DNA of 64,000 nucleotides from Hormiphora californensis (lineage: Eukaryota > Animalia > Ctenophora), in contig CM035354.1 of assembly GCA_020137815.1 (NCBI GenBank), positions 930,001 through 994,000 on the forward strand, in the 5' to 3' direction. The notes below the pieces were generated by a model. It was not told the DNA's origin. It did no database searches and saw nothing but the letters and a program-made list of their open reading frames with translations. Positions within the stretch are counted from its first letter, which is position 1. Each line of letters starts with the position of its first letter. Position numbers and translations under genes: made by a program. This document shows, one piece after another, positions 37,290-55,382 of this stretch.

Positions 37290-37940
37290 GATACATACAT
37301 AGATAGATAGATAGATAGATAGATGTATAGACGCTTTATTACCTTCCGTTTGGTCCCAGTTTGAGACGAACCAGACATCGTACGACCTTAAACTAAGCGG
37401 CATTCGACAGATAATTGTCTCGTGCATGTACCCATTTGGGTGGCGACTCTCAATCTTACCTATGACGCGCGCAATGACGTCACGAGTGACGTCATTGCGC
37501 GAGATCGACTAACTTTTTTCAAACGCCTCTAGCACCCTGAAGACGTGTTCCGATTTCTGATTTGACGAAAAATCGTTACCGGCAAATTGTCTGAACTTTC
37601 AGTTACTATATTGCGAATTTTCGTAGCTCATCATTTTGAGGCCTTAAATCGCGTCGGAAGTCAAAAATTTGACGAAAAATTCAGTAAAATGAACGTTTTT
37701 CGAGCAAAAACTCCCTTTCCTGACCACTGTGGTCAATGATACTTTACAAGCTCCTTCAGGGTATTCATTCAAAATATATTGTGATGCAATTACGTCGTTA
37801 CGACGTCACTAATTACGTCAGATGACGTCATAATGACGTCAAAATTACGATTTTCACAGAAATTCGTCTCGTTTCTCATATTATAAAAGAAAACACGGTG
37901 ACTTTTGGGGCTGTGGCATTGCCACCACAGTTGAATTTAA
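37290..37940. mobile_element. Non-autonomous repeat with ATAC/ATAG microsatellite head (Helentron/DINE-like), family copy A
   Basis: Shares ordered blocks TATAGACGCTTT, CACCCTGAAGACG, GCGAATTTT, CTTAAATCGCGTC and TGACGTCAAAATT with 39330-39977. Ends in a CTGTGG..CCACAG hairpin. Confidence 0.45.
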
Positions 37941-38130
37941 TTCGAATGGCTCATTTCCCCAATACAATAAGCATCCTACAACACATTTGGTTAGAATAAA
38001 TCATACAGATATGTAGCTAACTAATACATCTAGGAGAAACACAAATAACACAACCAATTAATAAATTATAAATCTAGCACTACAAATTTAAAGGATAAAA
38101 TTATTAACACACATATATAAATTATTACAC

Positions 38131-38988
38131 TTAGACAAAATCGGTTACTTTAAAATCATACCAGAATCTGTTTAAACATGATGGTCTTCTACGAATGAAC
38201 TTATTAATGGAATTTTTAACTAAATTTAACTCATAACTCTGGTTAATTAACTTGTCTATTAAAATTCTAACATCTGAAATAAAACTATTAGCATCAGAAG
38301 ATGATTTGCAAATTCTATACAATTCACCAATCAAAACACCATAAGATAAGCGATTGCTAACTTTAGAGTTAAGATTAGGAAAAGTAATTACCGAGAATTT
38401 GAAGTCTCTTCTTTTGTCATAGAGTTTCCAATGAAATTTACTATTTACTATACTAATGTCTAAATCTAGAAAGGTCGAATTATTATCACTTGAATTAGTA
38501 GGTACAATTTCTAGATCCTTAGGATAAATATCATTACAAATAATAGATATGGCATTCTTGTTAATATTAGGAGCAGCTAGGTCATCAATATATCTTTTAC
38601 AAAAACTTAACTCTTTCACAATATTATTATCTGCTTCTGACGTATTTAATATAAATTCATTTTCATAAAAATACAAGTATAAGTCTGCTATCTGAGGGGC
38701 ACAATCACAACCCATTGGAATACCAATCACTTGTTTGTAAATGTCACCTCTATACTTAACAAAAATATTATTAATTAAAAATGAAAACATATCTATAATA
38801 TCATCACACGTAAAGCACCATTTAACATTTTTTCTAGAACTCCACGAAGCATTATAACTTTTAGATACACAAACTTTAATCACACTTTTTAAATCAAAAC
38901 ATCTTTGTACTAACAAACTAATTTTATCAATCACATCTTTATGAGGTATATTAGTATACAATTTCTTAAAGTCAAAGGAAGTAACACA
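38131..38988 (-). mobile_element. Naiad-type (C-terminal RT) Penelope-like element fragment, 5'-truncated, AT-rich
   Basis: Motifs SFDFKKLYTNIPH, GIPMGCDCAPQIADLYL, RYIDD, FLDLDI and LYDKRRDF..FPNLNS..SYGV..ELYR. There is a long motif A-to-B' insertion, and the ORF stops right after the thumb with no GIY-YIG. Confidence 0.8.
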
Positions 38989-39056
38989 TCATTTTGACAA
39001 TTTTACATCATGAAATAATGTCATACTGACATTATAAACCAAAAAGGGACCTAAAT

Positions 39057-39313
39057 TAAGCCAAAAACTAATTGGAATTAGTTGGCGGGAAAGGTGGCCC
39101 ACTTACACCTTTGCCTGATGCCGGGTTTTATTTTAAAATGTATCAGGGATATAAGAGGTGAGTGAAATAGAGAAAGAGAAAGGGTGAGAGAGAGAGAGAG
39201 ATTGAGATACCGACGTGACGTGAAGAGAATGACAGTTCGTTGTACCCGGTAGCAGCAAAAGGTGTAAGTGGGCCACCTTTCCCGCCAACTAATTCCAATT
39301 AGTTTTTGGCTTA
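39057..39313. mobile_element. Inverted-repeat element (~58-bp arms) enclosing a short (GA)n
   Basis: TAAGCCAAAAACTAATTGGAATTAGTTGGCGGGAAAGGTGGCCCACTTACACCTTT / reverse complement ending GTTTTTGGCTTA. Confidence 0.8.
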
Positions 39314-39329
39314 TCTATATATACATGTA

Positions 39330-39977
39330 CAATGTACATACATACATACATACATATAGACGCTTTTTTACACAATTTGCAGACAATTTTCTGGAAAAAC
39401 TACAAGAGATAGACACTTCTCGTTTGTTGCATTCGAAAGATAATCGTTTGGATTGTGTTATTGGAGGGTTTTCATGTTCTATGTCTTACCAGAACGTCCT
39501 TAAAAACTGTCATAAAGTTAAGATATTTTTCAAATCGACCAAATTTCTTTGAGGTCAATTTACACCCTGAAGACGGCTTCTGATTGAAAAATGGAGACCA
39601 CACTTATGAAAGATAATCGTCGAAACTTTCAGAAACTATATAGCGAATTTTTTAAACTCTATTTCCAAGGGTCTTAAATCGCGTCTGAAGTTTTAAGACT
39701 GTATAAAATAGATATGACGATAGTGCGTTTTTCGCCATAGCGACCTCAAATCTTGTCCAATCGATCTCAAACTTGGTCAGCATCTTTATCTAGATGAGCC
39801 TGATAATAATTTTTCATTAGCAAGACGTTATAACGTCGTGACGTCACACTATGACGTCACACTATGACGTCAAAATTTAAATTTTTAGCGATTTCTGACG
39901 GTCTTTACAAGTTCTGCTACGTCCAGACATGTCTTACATCGTATTTCACATCAGAAAATACCAAAAATAGACCTAAA
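39330..39977. mobile_element. Non-autonomous repeat with ATAC microsatellite head, family copy B
   Basis: Same ordered blocks as 37290-37940; runs directly into the inverted-repeat module at 39978. Confidence 0.45.
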
Positions 39978-40095
39978 TTATGCCAAAAACTAACAGAAAT
40001 TAGTTGGCTGGAAAGGTGACCACTTTTATTGTCAAACTTACACCTTTGCCCGGCCCGGGTTACGGAAATAGAGGGAAAGGGAGAGAGAAAGGGAG

Positions 40096-40165
<70 letters not shown>

Positions 40166-40182
40166 GAGAGAGAGAGGAGAGA

Positions 40183-40277
<95 letters not shown>

Positions 40278-40460
40278 GGCGTATATGTCTGCGCTATGTT
40301 CAGTACCCGGATAGAAGTGATCTTGTACGATAACTGCAGAAGAGAGAAACAACCGGAGGGGAAAGTTAATGATGAAAAAACCCGGAGAGGGCAAAGTGTA
40401 AGTTTGACATAAAAGTGGTCACCTTTCCAGCCAACTAATTTCTGTTAGTTTTTGGCATAA
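39978..40460. mobile_element. Inverted-repeat element (~72-bp arms) related to 39057-39313, enclosing an expanded (GA)n
   Basis: TTATGCCAAAAACTAACAGAAATTAGTTGGCTGGAAAGGTGACCACTTTTAT.. / ..CCAACTAATTTCTGTTAGTTTTTGGCATAA. Confidence 0.8.
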
Positions 40461-40556
40461 TAAATACATGAGCTATGCAGAGAAAATAGGTATAAAAGGG
40501 AAACAGTGGGGAAGCTGTAAATGTGTGTGTCCTATTCGTTCCTTTGAACCGATGAT

Positions 40557-40613
<57 letters not shown>

Positions 40614-41139
40614 AGAGCGCATAGAGCAGCAGAGAGATCGCGACGAGAGGCGAGAGACGCAGAGAGATCGCCAGTCGCTCGGTGTAGGAGTGCGGGAGAG
40701 CTAGGATGTCTAACGATCGAGGAGATAGTGGTGCCTGTTGACAGATTATCCAAGGGGTATTACAACAAATGCAATGTGTATAAAATTGCACAGTTCTGCA
40801 TTTTGGGAAATATATGCGAAGAGACAGGTACAATGAAAGATCTCTCATCACTCAATGATCAGCGACGCTGCTGTGGAAGATACTGCGATGAGGGGTCTCT
40901 ACGCTTAACAACGACTCAAAATATCAGACATTACATAAGTAGCTTGAATTCTTGAATGAATTTCTTCTTCACAACAAAAGCATTCAAAGAAAGAAGCAAA
41001 AGTAGAGATCGTGTGAATTTCACACCGTGTGCTGCTGCAATTGTATGAAAGAGAGCAAGTAAAATCTAGTCAAACACAGCACCGACAGTGTCATGCATGG
41101 AAAAGGTCTGCTTGGAATCGAACAGATGTGTGGATGACT

Positions 41140-41187
<48 letters not shown>

Positions 41188-41944
41188 GAGAGATAGATAG
41201 AGAGAGAAAGCCGGAGCTAAAGAAAGGACACTATCGTGTGAAGAAATGAGACAACAACAAATAAAGGACTCAGCTAGAGACGGTATGTCTAGAAAGCGTG
41301 CAACTGTGTATAATGCTTGTTGAGAGATTGGTTGATATTGACATCCTTTTTAACAATGATTAAGAGAAGGGTGTGTGTGTTGGCTAACAGCCAAATGAGT
41401 GGTGCTATAATAAACAGAGCTTCTAAAATAACAAACTCACTGATCTCTGTCACTCACTATCTGTCACTCTGTGTCACAGGACAGAAGTGCAGTAACAAGG
41501 AAGAGTGACCACAAGATATGACTTGTTACTCAACAAGATATGACCGAGTATAACAATAACAGTCAGCATTGTATGACAGAGTATAACAATATGAGGGATG
41601 GAGCACGGTAATCGTTTAACTAACAGAGCATGATATGGGTGATGAGATGTGCTGAATATATGTCATAACGTGATGTAGCTAAGGCAGGAGCGGGGATCAG
41701 TTCTTTGAATCACATGGCTCCGGATAACTGCACAGCTGCTGCACTCGGGAGAGAGAGTGATACAAATACAGTGGAAGATAGAGACGGAAAGAGAGGGACG
41801 GAGAGAGAGGGAAAGAGAGAGATACAAATGCAGCATGCTCTTTCAGCACATAGTGCAATAGAGAGAGGGAGCCTGGATATTGTGAGTATGAGCTCGCACC
41901 TGTGTTTTAGTTGGATATATTGTAACTGGCTCAGGAGATCTCTC

Positions 41945-42025
<81 letters not shown>

Positions 42026-42026
42026 G

Positions 42027-42074
<48 letters not shown>

Positions 42075-42427
42075 TCTCTCTGCCCTCTATTGTTGGCCGC
42101 TACCTAGTGCAGCATATAATGCAACAGGCTCTGGTACTGAGTTGTGTTTAAATTTATCCGGCAAATAGCAAACATCAGAGAGCTGTCGGCAATGAACATG
42201 TGCAGAGAGATGCAGCTGTAGAGTTGTTCATTTCTCCGTGGCATTGGTGAGAGCTCATATCGGAAATAGTAATGGAAATAGGCATATGGAAATATGGAAC
42301 CGAGGGAGTAGTGGAAGGAAAGACAGTCAAATAGAACTTGGAGAAGGAGCAAACTAAATATGGGACAGTTGTAGCCTCTATATTGTTGGAGACAACAAAA
42401 CGTCACAATACACACACGTCACACACA

Positions 42428-46776
<4,349 letters not shown>

Positions 46777-47620
46777 TAAAAGGGTTCTTGTGTCTTTGCT
46801 AGCAGAGATAATCGGTTATTGTCGGGTAGAGAGAAAGGGAGAGAGAGAGAGAGGGGGGGGGGAGGGGGTAAATAGAGAAAACTGGATTATAAATAAAATA
46901 CAATTTCGGGGCAACAGCTGTTAGTGATTTCTTTGAACTTGAGAGATTATTATTGGTGGACCCCAGCTCTCTCTCTCCCAGTAGATTATCTGAAAGCAGA
47001 CCAAGGATCAAAGGGGAGAAACATGCACCTTATAGAATGCACTGCATCAAAGAGGTACAAAGAAAAGGAGGGGGGAGCAAAGAAAAGGAGGGGAGCAAAG
47101 AGGGAGATCAAATAAACTACAGTAGGTCCAGGAAAATAATTCACTACTGTTCACAGAGACCTACCCCTCTACCCTCTTCGTGGGTGGGGGGCTACTATAG
47201 GAGGAGGGGGATCGATAACCTGCACCCTATACTAGCTTGTATAAAAGCACAGAAATCTCAAAGAGAGAGGGAGAGAGAGTTGTAATTTTTCGACAACAAA
47301 GTAAATCGAACTCAGCTCTTAGGGAAGGGTACAAAAGATTCACACACGTCCGATTGAGCGGTATATGTCTTTTCACTAACTTCTGATATGCAGCATCGTT
47401 CTACAGGCACTCAAAATATGAGTTCTGGCGCGTAAGTTAAGATTTTAAAAAGGATTCGTGAGAAGCTTGGAGGATAGAATTGTAAAAATAGAAGGGATAG
47501 CACTAGAAGAAGCCGAGAGAAAGATTGAAGTAGTAGTCAATGCCATGAATGGTAAATGGTGGGAATTTGAAATTGTATGGTATTCAAAGAGATTTCAGCA
47601 TGCTTGTAAGTTGTAAAACA

Positions 47621-47735
<115 letters not shown>

Positions 47736-47746
47736 GGAGAGAGAGA

Positions 47747-47802
<56 letters not shown>

Positions 47803-49263
47803 GAGTGAGAGAGAGAGAGAGAGAGAGTGAGAGAGGGGTATTGATAACTACCAGATACTCGACTAGAACCAGCTCACTGAAGAAACAATGTCGCATCATG
47901 TTTGAGACAAAGAACAAGTCTGCAGCCGGAGCTTCCCCAGCTGCAGAGCTTCTTTCTCTGATTCTCAGCCAGATCACTCTCTCAGCTCTCTTTCTTTCTT
48001 TCTTACCAGTCACCAACTTCTCTGATTCTCTACCACGCCAATTCTCATTTTCTAGAGCCTACTCATTCTCCATGCAGATGCTTCCACAGAATCTCTTTAA
48101 CTATTACTTTCCCACCATTGTCAACACTTTACAAACAGTAACTAATGCCTTTTTTGCTCAGCAACTATTTTCCAGTCTCGACTTGTTCAGACTGTCGATT
48201 GTGTGGCCTCCGAGCATGAACTAAACACGTCTCGAACTATCATTTAGGCCGAATAAATCGTACACAAGACACTACATTTCTCTGTGATATTGTCACTGTC
48301 TCCTTTACCTTTCTAGTCGTTAATCGTCTGTTTCTACAATGAGAGAGAGAATGAATGGGAGGGTTAGACTGAGAGAGAAAATTTAAACAGAGTCAGAGAT
48401 GGATAATAGGTTATTTGACCCTGACTACTGCATAGCTGCACGCTCTAGGATTCATGGCGCAAAAGACACATGAACAAATGCACGGCTAAACAGTACAGCT
48501 CTAATCAGTGTAACTGTAATCGATGCAACTACTGCTGTCCTATCTGTCCACAATAAAACATTCGTGCTAAATGATTGTCATAATCGATCATAAACTAGAC
48601 AGCTCTAATCACTAATCAGAGGGAGAGAAAGAAAAGAAAGAGGAATAAAAACCAGGCTAGGTGCATGTTTAGCTACACAAGGAGCGAGAAATAAACAAGA
48701 GATGGGGCCACGGAAAGAGAGCTCTCTCTCTCTCTCCGTGGCCTCATCTCCTCGAGAGAGAAACTAAGGGAGCAATATTTAACTGCATGATGGCAGATGT
48801 AACATATCAAAATGAGTAATATCATATCAGATTGAGGGGAGAGATATGCTTCTAGTACATGATGGGGGGAATACCGGATATAATGTGAGGTCACCACATG
48901 TTTTACAATAAATCGTGGCAATTTATTTAAAACTCAGCTCTGTAATTGATATCTCTCGCTCATCTATAGGTCGTACAAACTAAATATTAAACCTCTTCTG
49001 AAGCAACAACACGATTCACAATGTATCATCTCATAATGTTGGGTAGAATCACATGTATATTGCTGGCTGCAATGTAGCAGGAAGTAATAATCGATCCATG
49101 GGAGCAGCAGCAGCCCTACACCCAATGAGAGAGAGAGATAAAGATGGGTTGTGAGGGCTAAAGATTGAAATAAGATTGTTACTAACAATCTTTAGCCCTA
49201 ACAATGTTAGGGCTAAAGATTGATATTTGAAATAACAAATTTAGGACAACAAGAAAAGCAAGC

Positions 49264-49312
<49 letters not shown>

Positions 49313-50192
49313 CCGTCCCCTCTCTCCTTTTTTTCCCTCTCGTCTAAATCCTTTCCTTTTGAGCTTGTTTATTGGTTTTTGGATATGAAAGAAAGGGAAA
49401 GAGAAAGAGAGAAAAAAGAGGGGGAGAGAGGAAAAGAAGAAAGAAAGAGAGAAGGGAAGGGAGATCCATAAGAGCGGAGAGAGAGAGGAGGAGAGAACAA
49501 AGGGGGAAACCAAGATTTTGAAGGCATATGCCCAAACAGGTAAGTGCCCCAATAAAAAAGATCCTCCCAAAGCATTGCCTGGGCAAACAACCCTTCCTTT
49601 TTTCCTCCACTCCCCCAGTTAAATCCGCCTCCCCTCCGCCTCCTCTCTCAATATTAACATCACTCTCTCACCTCCTCTTCAGCTTGTATATTGTCAACAT
49701 ATGTCGCTCATAATAGCGTTGCCACTGTGCACTATACTACACTGTTCTACTACAAATATATTTATTTGTTATGCTTCAACCAGCAGCAACCATGAACTAC
49801 AATAATAAACATCCAATAGAGAGACGTGGTGAGTGAATGAACATTGAATTGAGAGACAGTGACGGACGGAGAGTGAGAGTGAGGGACGGAGAGGGAGAGA
49901 GTGACGGACGGAGAGGGAGAGAGTGAGAGACAGAAAGAGAGTGACGGAAAAAACAATAAGAGTTTGAATAAGAAATAAAACATTACCATTGTACTACTCA
50001 TAATAAAGCAGAAATATAGAAGTGAGACTTTACATCGTGCCGTGGCAGCATAAATAGTGAAGCTCAGAGAGTTCCATTACTCGCTAGTGCCGCGTCTGAC
50101 GTCCCTTCATTTCTCTCTCACCAACACCCTGGTCTAGCTAAGACTGACGCCGGACTTTTCATCACCCAATCGAGGGGAAAACTATAGGGAAA

Positions 50193-50307
<115 letters not shown>

Positions 50308-50585
50308 AAGAAAGAAGGGATATAGAGAGAACTGTCAGTAAAACCTTTGCGATGGGTAGAATTGGGCGTAATTAAGTAGGGATTGGTAAAACGTGTTCTA
50401 GCTTGGAATAATATGTGTAACTATCAGCTTATAAGAGCTAGAATATAATGGCAACCAAGAATTAAATCTCTCTCTCTTCCCGACTCTTTATTCTTATTGG
50501 TTCTATAAATTCGTGCCACTGTTGCACCGGTAAAAGTAGGAAATGGGTAAAAATACGCGGAGCTACTGCAACGGGTACTTGGTGA

Positions 50586-50658
<73 letters not shown>

Positions 50659-52371
50659 GATAGAGAGAGAGAGAGAGATAGAGAGAGGTGAATTTTCCGT
50701 TTTTAGATCCGGTGAAGTATGTTGAATATTTGATTTAGTGAAACGGCGGCTTGACGTCGCCGAGAGAGGAAGAATGGTTTGTGGTGCAGCTAGCAGCAAG
50801 GAAAGAAGAGGAAAGAAGAGGAAACCGGGGCTATAACAGAGAAAGGGACATGGAGGTTCTGAAGAGAGAGAGGGAAATAGTGATAAACGTCAAAGCGGTT
50901 CTGCTTGAACACTTTTTAAGCTAAAAAGAAAGCTGGGTTATACAACTCTTTTTTGCGGCAAAGCAAATCTAAGCTGGGCCATCTTTGATTTTGAGCGAGT
51001 ATAGTTTGATTAAAATCAAGAAATCTGTTGTTTGAATTCAAAGAACAGATTTCTTTGATTCAAGCAACAAAATACCGAGACTTAGCCAGAGAATTATGAG
51101 GCCTTCATATTTAGAAAAGGTAGGATAATTCTTCGGGAAACAATGCCTTTGAACTGTACCTACCAAGAATCACAGGCTGCTCCAACACAAAACACTAAAA
51201 AAGGGATAAGTTGTCTGGGTAGGACTCCCAGCATTTTGAATATTTGGAGTTGAAGCGATTCTGAGGAAGACAACTTGACTCCGCTCAAACCATTTTATAA
51301 AATGTAGTTCAAAGTAGTTCAAAGTAAGAGGAACACTCTCCTCCAGTTAGGGGGAGAGATGATCGATATATCAGACAATAGAAACACAGGAGGAGAGAGA
51401 TGGGTAACAAAGGAACACTACACAGCTAGATACGAGTAGGAGGGTGGGGCAGCAACAGGAGGCATGCCCAAACCAGCCCTCTGCGGGTACTTCCTGGCTC
51501 ATTCGTGCAGCTAACGTGGGAGCAAGGGGGTGGAGAGAGAGAGAGAGATTTAGTAAATGGGAGAACTTGTGAGAGGCACGTGGCGTTCTAGTGCATAGAT
51601 AATTGGGCATACTACAATACTATGTCTATGTGAGACGGGGGACTAGAGGGAGACTGGAGAGAGATTTAAGGGCTATCTCGAATTATTATAGTGGTATAGG
51701 TATCTCAAAAGATCACAGAGGTGCCAAAAGTCCAACAATATCAACACACAGCTCATTAGTACAACTAATTAGCATAGTCAAAAGGGCACCTGCATCAGTT
51801 GTAGTGGGAATAATAACAGGTGTGTCACCAATTAACTGTCCTAAGAAAGTAAATGTGTTTATGGATGGAATTATCACTCTAGAGTGCTGTAATTATAGTC
51901 ATAGACCCGTGTTATAATACAAACAACTCAATACATGACACAACTAAACATGAGCGCTATACCTTTGAGGTAAGCTGCACTGTGCAGGCCATTAAAACAG
52001 ACCCTCAGGGCCGGGAGAGAAATGAGTCGCCTGACACTGTTTATGAACAATTTAAAGCGAGAGATGTGTGGACTGTGGGCCACTAGGAGTTGTACAGGGT
52101 GGGCCAATATGTTACGAAGTCACCCCTCCCTTGCCAGCGCGCGAAGGTACAGGGTGGGCCAAGGAGTTGTACAGGGTGGGCCAAAAATATCAGCAAAACA
52201 AGCTTATACATAGTAACACCCGGGTTTAAAATACACACACAGTTTTTATACAATAAAGTACTCATGTGAGAGTGTGTGTAAGCAAGCCACGTACCCCTCA
52301 ACTGACATTTTTTATGTTTCTCTCTCTTTTTCTCACTCCGTCTCTCTCTCTTTCCCTAGTCTCTAACTCCG

Positions 52372-52402
<31 letters not shown>

Positions 52403-52568
52403 TTCCCTAGTCTCTCACTCTCTTTCCCTAGTCTCCCACTCCTTCTCTCTTTCCCTAGTCTCTCACTCCTTCTCTCTCTTTCCCTCTTCTTCTCTCACTC
52501 ATTCTCAGTTGCTAGTCTCTCTCCCTAGTATCTTTCTCTCTTTCTCTCTCTCTCTTTCCCTATTCAAA

Positions 52569-52640
<72 letters not shown>

Positions 52641-54436
52641 TCTCTTTCACAACTAAACACACGAGGAGAGGTCATTCCCCCCTGAGGTAGTGAATGGATA
52701 GAAACATGACACCGCCCCTAAGGGAGGGGGGGGGGCACACACACAATATATTGACGCGTGGCGTTCTGCATAATGTACACGTTTAATGATGGGCCGTGGG
52801 CGAGGATGAACTAACTGAATAGGAGAGAGAATGAGGGGGAGAGAGAGAATGATCGGGGGAGAGAGATAATCAATTAGGGCAGTCATGTCAGTCTAAGGTC
52901 TGAGCCTCGGAGCCTGAAACAGTGAAGGAGCCCTGCAAATTAATTTTAAAGAGTCAGAGGATGAAATGAGATCTTAAAAAACCCAACGATCTTTTTAACA
53001 CAACCCAAGCCTGTCGACAGAGAGAGGGAGAGAGAGAGGAAGAAAGGGAGAGGGATAAAGATAGAGATAGAAAGAGAGAGAGAGAGAGAGCAACTGTGAA
53101 CTGTTATAGCAACACGCGTTATCTTCCTGCGTTATCTCAAAAACCAAGTTGCAACAAAACCCGCCACAGACGAGACGGAGACTTCAAATTGAAAGAGTGT
53201 TTACAAAAGATAAAACTTGCAATTGAGAGGTTTCGACCGGATATCTATCACATAACTCACTTTCTCTGACTCTCTGACTCTCTGACTCTCTGACTCTCTG
53301 ACCCTCTGACTCTCTAACTTGCCATCTCTCTCTGACTCTCTCTCTCTCTCTCCCCGTTCGTCTCCCCTTTCTCTCACTATAAATAAGAGGTCTCTCTTCC
53401 TCACCTAGACCTCTCTCTCTTTGAATTCAACAGAGATGGGCGAGAGAGAAAGAGCGTTAATTGATCGATTGCTAATTAGTGTGAGAACCCGTCTACCCGA
53501 TCCGAGAGAGGGAGAGTTCATAGGAAGACAGGGAGAGAGAGAGAGAATTATGTGATAAGGGGAGAGGTGAGATTGGTGGTATTATATCCGGGACCCACCC
53601 TGCTATGCAACCCCCTCCTTTCCATGCAGCGCCCTTTCAATGCAAGCAGTTACACTCACGTCTCCCTCACAACTGTAAAAATTCAAATGTCAATTCCCTA
53701 ACCACTCCCAAACACTCTTTAAATACTCCTATCCTAAACACTCCTAAAACACTTCTGTCTCCTCACAGCTCGTAAATCGTCTCATAACAATTGTGCAGTG
53801 AGACTGCTTGGTATCGAAGACACCTCACACTCTGTTTAGAGGTATCAGAAGGGCTTCCCCTATTTTTATAGCGCGCCCAAAACGTTATACTGAGCACTGA
53901 AAAGTTGTAGTCTACACTACATAGTTCTAGCTAAGGGGTTTGAGCCGCGCACAGGGCCACACCGAGACCAAATCTCGTTACTTTCCTGATTTCTTTGACA
54001 CAAACAAGTATTGCAGAGCGGCCAATAGAGCTGGCGGTTTCAAACTTCGTCCGTATTCGGAGGGATAGATTAGCAGTTCAGTGTTTCAAACCAGGTTTAA
54101 TTTGGCAAAGTAGAAGCTGAGTTACAACATGTTTTGTACAAATGGTTCAACTTCAAGACCTTTTTAATTTTGATGGCCAGACCTTTCAAGATAGAAACTT
54201 CAAACTTTGCCACGATCTTTGATATGATGTTAAGCATACCTGACCTACTTTTTCAAAAATTTTTTTCATCATTAACACCTAAAACTGATTTCAAAACCAA
54301 GGTTCCGGGGATAATTTTTTAAATATGAGTACAGAATTATAATTTTCAGACAATTTGGTGGGGAATACCAAAATTTGGTGCATTTTCATTGAGTGGTTGA
54401 GGAGCTATTAATTTTTGAAGTGAATCAAAGCGGGTT

Positions 54437-54522
54437 TGTTACCCCTACTCAGGCCGCTTCGCGGCCTTCGTTTGGCGTGCTTCGCACGCCGCGCCGGCAA
54501 GGGAGGGGTAACTTCGTTACCA
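54437..54522. repeat. Cluster of TTC(G)-loop (minus-strand GAA) mini-hairpins at a probable element end
   Basis: GGCCGCTTCGCGGCC, GGCGTGCTTCGCACGCC and GGTAACTTCGTTACC, within an outer GTTACCCCT..AGGGGTAAC stem. Confidence 0.7.
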
Positions 54523-55314
54523 AATAGACCTGGGAACTACTCAAATCCACGTTCCCATCTCTCCTGACAGCTTGCTCTGACAGAGTTCGTGATCAAGTGA
54601 TCAACTCTGTAAAACAACAACTCTCCGAATTGAAAGGGAGATCTCCCTTTCAATTCTCCCAAGTTGACATGCTATCTCAACGTTTCTCCCCCTAATAAAG
54701 TAAAAAGTTTAGGGAGAGATTTGCCTAGTGCTCGACCCTGTCTCACAGAACAAGGAGCGGCAAAAGAGAGAGTTGCCCACAGCTCTGCGGCATGCCACGC
54801 TACATAGACTGGTAACATGTCAAGGATCAAAGTTATGGGGGGTTGTGTCCATGTCACCATTCACCAAGGGGGGGGGGATGAAACAACTTGAGGCTAGTGA
54901 TTGAAACAAGGCAGACCACAATTGTTACAGAGTTGAGAAACACGTGAAAACACGTGTATAGGCGAATCTTGAACAGTACCTAGTGAGTGAATGAGAGGGA
55001 GAAAGAGAGAGAGGGAGAGAGAGAGGGAGAGAGAGGGAGAGAGATGATACACGACAAATTTGACAGTCACTGCAGCAGAGATACTAAAGATTCAGAGTAA
55101 CTACCACCACAGTATAACAGCAGAGTGAAGCAACTGTAAACTAATAGGGGGCATGCACTAACCACTATAACATCTCCTATTGTGAGGTTCTAAATGTGTG
55201 AACAATACGCTTTTGTCTATCTCTTTCTCTCTGTTCTGAATATCTGTATCTTTCTACCTCTATCCCTCTATCACTCTCTATCTATATCTTTCTACCTCTC
55301 TCTACCTCTTTCTA

Positions 55315-55382
<68 letters not shown>

